From Blastocystis sp. Blastoise (Eukaryota > Protista > Bigyra: Opalinata), in NCBI GenBank assembly GCA_039096225.1, contig JBBPEB010000027.1, positions 620,001 to 684,000 on the forward strand: DNA of 64,000 bases. The letters run 5' to 3'. The notes under the pieces were generated by a model. It searched no databases, had not been told where the DNA came from, and saw only the letters and a program-made list of their open reading frames with translations. How positions within the stretch are numbered: the first letter of the stretch is position 1; every line of letters begins with the position of its first letter. Made by a program: the position numbers and the translations under genes. This document shows positions 17,672-28,303 of the stretch, piece by piece.

Positions 17672-17939
17672 AATGAAAGTTATAATTTAAAATTTAAATA
17701 TATAAAAAAATTCAAATTTCTTTTATTGTTCTTTATAGTGAAACCGTTTCCAACAATTCAATTTACCCCCCTTTGAAGAAAACATGTGATTTTTATTCAT
17801 TTTTAGTATTTCTATATAGTTAATCTCACTATCAGGTCATTTTTAATTTTTAAAGCTTTTTGATTGGCTAATTTTCGTTCAAAACTTATTCAGCCAATAA
17901 AATTATAACAAAAAAAAGACTTATGCAAAAAAAACAAAA

Positions 17940-18760
17940 TTTTCATAAAAATTTTAAGTCGACTTTTGATTTAGACACAAAAACCCTATTAAACATATTT
18001 TATTAAAGAATTGACAATATTTTTTATTTACAGAGGATCGCACGATATCCAAACCGTTTTTATTTATTTTAAAGTCGCAATTCTGAAGAAAATGAGGGTC
18101 AATATTTTAAAATATTTTATAGTTGTGTTTAAAGTGAAGACCCTCTCAGAGTCACATATATGATTAAAAATGAATAAAAAGACCTCTATGGTTCGAAACC
18201 AAAATTCAGCCAAAAAGTCAAAAAATTATATTTTTTTTACACTGAAAAATTGAGCCGAGCCTATTTGTTCCATGGGCAGTCAGACCAGAGTTTTGAATTT
18301 TTAAAATATTTACGGGAATATTTTTCTCGTTCAAAACTGAGTCTATTTATATTTTATTGACTATCAGAGGATATAAGTGTTTTAGAAGAGTTTTTTCATT
18401 TGATTTTATTATGACTTAAAGTTCCGCATACAAAGAGTATGCCAAAACTTCTAAAAAAACTACTTTTCCTCAGAATCAAATAAAAGTCTTTTATAAAGTC
18501 ACTTTTAGAGTTAATTATGTAGCATGCAATCGTTTTAAGTCAAAATTAATAGTTTTTAGACGAGTCAGTCAACAGATCAGAGAGTCAACAAAAATGAGTA
18601 ATTTTTTAAAACTTGAAAGTAGTGAGATACAATAGTGTTGTGTCAATAGCTCAGTACATAACGTTTAAAACTTGTAATTTTAGTAGTGAGTCATAAAAAA
18701 TTAAAAAAAAATATAAAAGCTATTTTTACGAAAATTTTTAGTATTTGACTAACAAATTTT
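17940..18760. repeat. Subterminal short-motif array (AGTC/GACT) of the CACTA element
   Basis: About 15 AGTC/GACT-cored motifs in both orientations, including palindrome AAGTCGACTT at 17956-17965; further copies at 24526-24560. Confidence 0.55.
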
Positions 18761-18944
18761 ATTATATTAGTGAATTCATCTTTATTTTTAAATTATTATA
18801 ACCAAACATATATAGATATTTTTATACTTATTTATGGTGTTTTTTATACAGGTATGCACTTTATAAGTATTTATTTATTAGATATTTTCTACTTTTTTCA
18901 TAATTCTTTTTAGTTTTCCATTGTGTAAATCCTTTTCCTGACAG

Positions 18945-19300
18945 ATATTCTCCCAGGTCGGTTTCAAAGTGGTTCATCATGTGTACTTGTTGGGTTTTTT
19001 CTTATAAGGTATTTTATTACATTTGTTTATTTTTAATTTTTTTAGGTTGTTTATTAGGTCTTGTCGGTACTTCAAATAATCAATTAACAAAGTCTAGAAG
19101 GTATATAATTATATATATTTTTTTCTTTGCATTTAGATATTTTTCTTTTTTCTCTTTTCCTATGTTACAATATTCTTTTATTCTTTTTTTAATTTACTCT
19201 ATTTTTAGTATATGTTTATTATATATTATATTATATAGGAAGGTGCTTTTTAGTTGCCATTGGTGAATTAGGTTGCTGGTGTGTTCTTTAAAAATTAAAA
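18945..19300 (+). other. Spliced non-coding exon module A (leader to cargo)
   Basis: Short GC-richer exons 18945-19008 and 19046-19100 bounded by AG|..AAG|GTAT; no continuous ORF. Confidence 0.55.
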
Positions 19301-19332
19301 AGACTGATTTTACAAAGGATATTGGTCTCTAT

Positions 19333-19361
19333 ATGTCTATTCATGTTAATGATAATTATAC

Positions 19362-19398
<37 letters not shown>

Positions 19399-20074
19399 AA
19401 TATCTTTAGAATCACGGGAATAGTGCTTGATTTCTTTGAAGAGAGAGGTATATATAAGAATATATACAGAGTTTATTAAGATGGATATACACAAGCAGAT
19501 ATTTATGGATTAGAAGATATTCAAGTTGATATGTATATATATATATATATATATTATTTGTTATTTATTATTATACATATATTATATATTATATATTATT
19601 ATAGAGTAGAGCCATTTCCTTACCTGGAGCGTCATCTAGATGCGTCACTTGTACTAACCAATACATCTCATGATAAGAATTTACTTATTTATTATCATCA
19701 GGACAAACAGATTTATACCATAATAGATCTTTCTTACTCCCCCATTTCTGATAAATATACATATTCACTACGAAATAGTGATAATAGAGCATTTATTTTT
19801 GATTTATCTCAAGGTTCATATACGATTCTAAAAGAAATTCCAGCACGTGATCGTCTCGTGACTCCCCTCAATCCCCCTCCAACAGACCCCATTCTCAGTA
19901 CGAAACTCAAATCATTTGTCGAGGAATATACAGATAAACGATATTATTGTAAACCCTATAGTTTTTTATATAAAGCTATTGAAACCTCTTTATATGAATA
20001 TATGAATGTATTACAATCATTATGGGCAGATATCGACTTTGGAAAAGATGTATATATATATATATATATATATG

Positions 20075-20109
<35 letters not shown>

Positions 20110-21051
20110 GTTTGAATACTTATTCTCTATGTATAAATTAAGCATATATATTTATATACTTACTTCTCTTCCTTCACTTGTTACTATTTGTAATGAAATG
20201 TATATATATATTTGGGTATATTTATTATATATATATATAGTTTATTAAAATTTTTACCAAGTGATTTTCCCCGCCAAATTGATGTTGATGAATATACAAA
20301 TACACTGAAAATTGCTGAAAAACGAAAAATGTAATTATGATTTATTATATTATTAATATATATATATATATATATAGTTATCAAGAACCTTATGATTATC
20401 AAAAATTATATATTAATATATATATATATATATATTGATGAGATCAAGTATTAAAAATAAAATTGATGTATATAATAATTATATATATATACATATATAG
20501 GGAATAACGAATTTAACTACATTATTTAATGATCTTCAAACGGTAAAGAAATCTGCTATTTATAAATCACTTGTTCAATATATACGAGACAGAGTATATA
20601 TAACTATCTATATATATTACTTATATATATGTTACTTATTATATATAGGATATATTAGATGTGTTATTCCGACAGTGTTTAAATACAGAAACGTTACGAT
20701 TGTCTCTCTCTCTTCTTCAATATATATGCACTGTTATCCCTGTATTTACTTATTATTCTATTCTTATTATTATATATATACATATTCTTATTCTTATATA
20801 TATAGTTAACAAATAAGGATATTGATATATTTTATGAAGCTGTTCATAATAGCAGTATATATGAATACATTCAAGCAACTACCATTATATGTCAACTACT
20901 CCCTTTCTTCCCTAATCAACGTATATATATATATAGTATTATGCTTTTTATTATTATATATTCTTATATATAGAACGTGAATATTTACAAAGTTTATTAT
21001 TAAATACAAGTGTTGATATATGTACAGTACAAGTATATATTTATATATATT

Positions 21052-21082
<31 letters not shown>

Positions 21083-22930
21083 AATTATACATATATATAT
21101 ATACTTATATTCATATTATTTATAGAGTATTAAAGTATTAAGTAAAATTGTTAGTTATATATATAAATGACATCCCTGAATCACAACCTATTCCTGATTC
21201 TATTCGAAATTCTATTAAAACAGTTGGTGAGTATATTTTCCGTTAAGGATGTATTTGTACTCCCGAATCAAATGAAGAAAAGCACGTGATATTCTCATTG
21301 ATTCCACTTTATAAATCGGAGAGCTGTATATATATATATATATATATATATTTTATTATATATATATATTTTATTATTATTATATATTATTATTGTATAT
21401 TATTATAGACTTCTTAACAACATGGTTAAAGAATGCAATATATTTATATAAGTGTTTTAAATTATTCTTCAGTTTATTATGCTTTTAAACCTTCCTTTGA
21501 AATCCATTTCAATTCATATACTGTACTATCTCGTTTCTTACTTATAATATTATATCATATTATTATATATAATACAAAGAAGAGAAACAATATTAGTAAG
21601 TCTATATATATATGAATTGAATTATATTCCTCAAGATATGATATATACCTTATTAACAAGAATAGAAGAAATTATACAAATAGCTCGTTGTCCTTCTTCT
21701 TATATACCTCCTCAGTTACATACATTAAAAAGATTGATATTTATTCTATTTCCTTTTTTATGAGTCATAATAGTTTAAAAGAAGTCTATAGTCCTCCTTT
21801 TCCTCCTCCTCCTACTACTAATTATTTCACAGGTGCATATAAAGATACAGGAAATGATTTGATGATTGATAATGATATGGAAGTACCTGAAGAAGAAGAA
21901 ATAGGATTAATGAATACATATGAAGAGAAAGAAAGAGGAGAAGGAGAAGAAAAACCTAGTGGAGAACTGATTTATGGATTAAGTCATATACTGAATACGG
22001 TTGAAATTGAAGGTGAAGAAGAAACAGGAAAGAAAAAAGAAAAAGAAATGATAGATATGTTTACTTATATAGGAAAAAGAGAAGAAGATAATGATCATTG
22101 TATGTTTTGTATTTATTATGGTTTTATTATAGTTACATTATATTTATTGTATATATTATTGTGTGTATTATTATTATTATTATATTATATAATATATATA
22201 GCTATTGATGTTCAATATGTATATTCTCTTCGTAACCGACTGAAAACCGCGGATAAGAAGATATATATGATATAAATATACTGGATGACTTTGTATATAT
22301 ATATATATATATATATTATTATTGTTATTATTATTATTATTATTATATAGAATATATGTATTCTATGAATGTTTGAATCCCTCTATCAGCTACTTATGTC
22401 ACATGATTTTCTTATTACATATTTTATAGGATATACTTAATTATCCCCGGTTATATACTGTTATCCTGTTATCTCCTACTTCATCTTCCCTACTAAGAGT
22501 AGCGTGTTGTCTTTATGAATTATAATCGTGGGAAATACTTATTCTAGAATTTCTCAAGTATATATATATATATACTTTATTGTTCTCGTGATATTATATA
22601 TTTATATATATACTTTATTATTATATTTTGATATAATATATATATATATATATATAGTTATTACAATTCCATACAAACTACAGAAAAAGGATCATTATCT
22701 ATTTGAAGAATTACCACCATATAAAACATATATATACAACTATATACCTCCTATAATACCCACGTTTTATGTTCCTTATTGATAACCATGATTATCAGAA
22801 ACATGGTTATTATATATCTTGTATATATATATATATATATTATATACTTATTGTTATTACTATTATTATATTATTATTATTATATAAACTTTTGGATGAT
22901 TCCTTTATGTATTAAGATAATGATAACTCT
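19333..22930 (+). pseudogene. Multi-exon fragment of a large USP34/USP24/USP9-like deubiquitinase (N-terminal ARM region), decayed
   Basis: Spliced SLVQYIRDRDILDVLFRQCLNTETLRLSLSLLQYICTVIPLTNKDIDIFYEA resembles this family's ARM region (recalled, not searched); frameshifts at about 20410-20437, 21160 and 21755, in-frame TAA at 21244; no Cys/His catalytic boxes. Confidence 0.55.
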
Positions 22931-23823
22931 TGTATATATATATATTTATAATACTATATCAATATATATATATATTTAAATTATATATGGTTTTATAATC
23001 ATGTATATATAGAATAGAAAGGAGTTTAATAAATTATTCATATTATATATATTATAATGATATATTACTATATATATACTATATATTATCTTTTTTATCT
23101 ATCTTTTATTTTGTTTTATTTCTTTATATATTACTCTATTTGTTTTGTTGATATTTAGGAATAAAATTATTTATAGAATTCTTTTGGAATAATAGAAAAA
23201 AGAGTAAATATTAATCTACTTTATACTTTAATAAATTACATTCTTTATTATGTCTTAAACAACTCACAAAGCTTTCAAACATTCTCGTTTTATTTATACA
23301 TCTACAATAATCGATAAATTGTTGAAATAAATCATATTAGAAACAAAAGTTTATAAATTTTGAATCATGTCTCTATAAGTGATTATACTAAATATTTCTC
23401 TTGATTATCTAGGACCTTCTTGTTATAAATAAAATACTATTATATAAAAATAGCAGACAAATATATTTAATTGTAATTAAAGATTTTTTAAATAACTATA
23501 TTTTTGTTCTAATAAGTCTTAAACATGTTGTAATTAAATAATTTAGGTTCATAAACACATATTACATTTATAAATCATTTTTATATTCAAATAGACTTTT
23601 TATTAGAGAAAAAGGGAAAATTTAAAAATGTTGTAACCCCTGGAAACCCAGATTTTGTAAAGAATTTTATTATACAAAAAAAAAATTGTAAGGGGGAATT
23701 TCTCTTTGTTTATAAGATTCAACTTTTTCGCATATTTATTTTTATTTTTCTTTAATTTACAACTATATTTTATATATTATTAAATGTATATAATATTTTT
23801 TTTATTTATCTTATTCTATATAG

Positions 23824-24329
23824 GCTTACTGGTGTGTCAAAATAGATTCTAATAGGTCCTGATTCCTCTTCATTTTTACAGTTAGTTTATGAGTTTCCGG
23901 GCCTGAACGTATAGAAATCTGGTTGTATTAAAGGTATATATTTTTTAGCATTCTCTCTGCTATTATTATTTATTATCTTATATAGGTTCAACTATTGTCT
24001 CAGGTCTCCTTGGTCAACAAATCAATGCTTCTGAAGGTATTTAATTATATTTTATTTTTTTGAAATTAACTAATTTAATTTTTTATAGGTTCTAGGTACT
24101 CTCTGGTGTCCCTTTTGGTCTACACTGCTAGGATTTAGAAGGTATATTGTTATAATATATTTATTTTTTTACATTCTATTTTTATAGTTTTGGTTCTTGT
24201 TCAAGAGTTGGTCTAGAAGTGATGTTAGAAGGTATGTATTCTATATTATCTATATTATTATTAGTTCTATCAATTTATATATATAGTCCTCAGATACAGT
24301 TGCCAATTTATCAAAACAAATCAAAATAA
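23824..24329 (+). other. Spliced exon module B (5 short exons), probably non-coding
   Basis: Exons 23824-23933, 23986-24036, 24089-24141, 24188-24231 and 24287 onward, separated by about 50-nt GT-AG introns; all donors AAG|GTAT. Confidence 0.6.
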
Positions 24330-24837
24330 TTATTATTTTCTTATCTTTCTTGCTATTTTAATTATTATATATTATTTATTGTCTTTTGTTATATATATAT
24401 ATTGATTATCATTCACACAACGATTAAATTAATAATAAAATGACGTTTCTAAAAGAATTCTGAACGAATGAAAAGAAAGACCATATTCGACAAAAATAAC
24501 CTAGTTTTTGGCTACTCTTTTCGCCTGACTGAAAATAGTCTTAAAAAGTAATTTAGTCATTTTTTGGCAAAACTCTCCAAAAAGTATCACGGGAATACCT
24601 GATAGTGTCTTTAAGAAAAAAGTAAATATTATATAAACATAATAATATATGTTGCAAATATATATTTTATAAATGAAATAATAAAAATATGAAACAAAAC
24701 AATTAAAATTTAGCAAATAAGCAAAACTACACATTGACAACTATATATAAACATTCATTAATTAAAAAAATAATAATAATTGTTTCTAATAATGAATTAT
24801 TTATATAAAACTTAATGAATTAATTTTATGTTTTTAT

Positions 24838-26485
24838 TTATTGAGTGAATTGTTCAAGAGTATGAATAAGAACCTTATATAAAGGATCAACAGAAGAGAC
24901 TAAAAGTCTTTCATTAGGGCTATGAGGGAAGTTAAGATCAGGACCAATAGAAGTACACTTCATATCAGGATATTTACTTTGGAATAAACCACATTCAAGA
25001 CCAGCATGAATAGCATATACCTTAGGATCAACCTTAGTAACTTCTCTGTAAGAATTAATAAGAGTTTGAGTAAGAACGTTAGATACATCAGGTTCCCAAC
25101 CAGGATAAGCATATATATAATAAATATATATTGTTGAATAATAAATATTGAATAATAATAATAATAATAATAATATAATAAATAATAAATAAAAAATAAA
25201 AACATACGCACCAATTTGTTCAGAAAGAGTAACTCCAGCAAGAGTACAAAGAGAGCCAATCTTCTTATACATATAATCTAATTGAGAAGCAGAAGAAGAA
25301 CGAACAGAAGCAGTAAGAGTCACTTCATCTTCCTTTTCAACTTTAGCAATAGCACAAGTAATAGAAGTTTCAACTAATCCAGCAACATCAAAGTTCATCT
25401 TTTGAGGACCGAAGGGGAAAACATTGAGGAAATCAATAGTCTTTTGAGTAGATTCTAAAGTAAAAGGTTTCTTTTCACAAACACAATCAACAGCTTCAAT
25501 AGCAATATCATTTTCAATACGAGTATATTCGTGTTTAACATGAGCAAATTCACGTTCAAGATCACTAATAATCTTTTCTTCAGCAGCTTTTTCAATAGCA
25601 ATAACAGCATCACATCTACGAGGAATAGCATTATGAACAGAACCACAAGTATAATCAACAAGTCTGAATTTTTCTTGATCACATTTCTTTAAGAGACGAG
25701 CCATAATATGAAGAGGATTAGCTCTACCTAAGTTAATATCACAACCAGAGTGACCACCAACAAAGTTCTTAATAGATATCTTCTTAAGAATAGAGTTTTC
25801 AAGACCTTCATGTTCTACAGGAATACCTAATTTCATAACGAAACCTCCAGCACAACCAACACAAACAGCATTTTGTTCTTCAGAATCGACGTTAATAAGA
25901 TATTTACTCTTAAGAACACCTTCTTCAAGACCAGCAGCACCATATAAACCAGTTTCTTCATCACGAGTAACTAAAACTTCAAGAGGACCATGCTTGAATT
26001 CTTTATTTTCAAGAAGACCAAAACAAACAGCAATACCAGCACCATCATCAGCACCTAAGGAAGTACCAGTAGCCATAATGTATTTATTATCAACAAGACG
26101 AGGAACAAGAGGATCAGTTTCCATATTAATGTCAACATGATCATCCTTTTGACAAACCATATCCATATGGCATTGAAGACAAATAGAAGGTTTATCTTCA
26201 AAACCAGGAGTAGCCTTCATACGAACAATAATGTTATCAGCTTTATCAATATAAACATCATGACCTAATTCTTTAGCACAATTTTCTAAATAAGCAAGAA
26301 TCTTCTTATGTCTGAAGAATTCTTCACCTTGATTAGAACCACGAGGAATTTGAGTTACATTAAATAAATATTTCCAAACATTAATATCACCAGGAAGAGT
26401 TAAAGCTAAAGCTTTATGAGCAGGAGATTTTATTAATAATATATAGATCTATATAAATTACATACGGTACCATAAAATCAACCAT
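24838..26485 (-). CDS. pepD: Aminoacyl-histidine dipeptidase / peptidase D (M20C), bacterial-type
   Basis: TQIPRGS, LQCHMDMVCQK, TSLGADDGAG, RDEETGLYGA, GGHSG.DI, IHAGLECG, HSPNER. Confidence 0.93.
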
Positions 26486-26605
26486 TTTTTTACTTTATAA
26501 ATAAAAACAACAAACAAATAATATATGACAAAAATGTGTCTTGATCTTTAAAAGGAGAATTGTGACTAGGAGAACTTTTGTTTCTCTGTCATTGCCTTCG
26601 ACATT

Positions 26606-26618
26606 TTCTAGAATTTTC
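26606..26618. promoter_or_regulatory. Heat-shock element upstream of pepD
   Basis: TTCtaGAAttTTC, three inverted nGAAn units about 120 bp upstream of the ATG. Confidence 0.45.
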
Positions 26619-28303
26619 GTTTTAGATATTAATTTTTATTGGCTAGTAGTGAAGAATTATCCAATAATTCGTATATGGACGGTTCGATTATCATGTTGAT
26701 ACTGGAAGTCTCTACCATTAAATAATAATATTTTCGAATTGTGTTGTTGTTTCTATCGACAAATCATCCGTCAATACCAAATTATATCTCCTCATTCGAC
26801 TTTGGAATAAGAACTTCTTATTTTTCTTGTTTATTTCACAAATTCTACTTGTAATTATATATGAAATCGTGGGGGAAAAAAAATTGAATACGAAGAAGAC
26901 TATCGATTCCTTTTTTTTAATCGTTTTGGTATTATGTAGTTGTGGAAACAAGCTAAAGAGAATAATATTGAATTCACTTATCATTTTACTTTACTGATCG
27001 ATTCAAGATTCTAACATATTTTTTTAATGTTGATATTTTTCTATTAATCACTAAGCTTCTCACTTTATTAGCTGCTTAAAATATAATATTATAATGTTTA
27101 ATTAAAGTAATAAAGATATACTCTATATATCACTCACTGAATGAATAGTTTTTTTCGTAATTTAAATAATATCGTTGTAGTATATTATTCAAAGTCTCTT
27201 TTGCATAAAGAAAGTACTTATAAATTCAAAATATATTTTTGTAATATTTTGGGAAATGTTTAAGGATTTATATACAAAATGTTATAAAAAAAAAAATTTG
27301 CATCTGAATTTTTGTATAAACAAATGTAAAAGCAAATAACTTGTTAGTGATAAACATTTGAAATCGTATACAGCTATCTAGCAGATATACATCAATAATT
27401 ATTTTTATTTGTATGAATAACAGAGACTTTTTAACAAAGAATGAATTCATAGGTATTTATTTTACTTAAAAAGAACATTAAAAAAATATAACAATCAGTA
27501 TCGTACATTGAACAATATATACATATATAAAGAATTATTAGAAACAAACTTAAAAACTAAATATTTTTTTATAATTTTAATTATTATATATATATTTAAC
27601 TTTTAAATGTCGTTTTGAATTAACAAATATTAATAAATACATATCTTGTCAATAAATGAATAATTAATATCTAGCAAAATGAACACAAAACTTACTGCTC
27701 TATTGAGACAGTCTATACCAAATATATCTCATAAGAATCTGACTCTATATCGAATCTATGATGCATCAAAATAAAAGAAATTGATTAAAGATTCATAAAA
27801 ACATTTCAGTTGATATCAGACTAAGATTGACTCCATCTAAAAAAAGTGGGTATAGTATTTCTCCACCCCAATAAACGGGAAGTTCCCTATGTCCATCCAT
27901 ATTCTTTATTCCAAAGAAGTCTTTGAAATCTTATTCAGAAGGCGTCATCTGCCCTATTGACTTGGGAAACTGACGTTTTTCTTCATTTTTTACAGAGAGA
28001 CCTCAAGCGATTCAATTCTTTTGGGAATTCTGGAATCCTTAAAAAATTGGAGCCAACACTTTATGTACGGTAACAATTGGAGATATAGTCCCTAAATAAT
28101 TTACAATAGTATGCGTCATTAGAGGATATCCAATCGAGTAAACATTCTTATCATTTATTTCATTCATAACCATAGGAAATGAGAAGAGTTGTTTCAATAT
28201 TATGAAAGTATTGATCACTGAACAGTTGAGACCATACAATTTTAATGAAACAAATAAAATCCACACAGTTTACATATTAATATATTTTTTATAAATATAC
28301 GAA

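Larger units (their letters stand above)
17827..24607. mobile_element. Non-autonomous CACTA (En/Spm)-type DNA transposon with captured cargo
   Basis: TIRs CACTATCAGGT (17827-17837) and ACCTGATAGTG (24597-24607); TCT direct repeat immediately outside both ends (17824-17826, 24608-24610); subterminal AGTC/GACT motif clusters; no transposase motif found. Confidence 0.85.

Noticed and set aside
23632-23700. TGTAACCCC as an LTR start
   Set aside because: No second LTR, PBS, PPT or pol sequence
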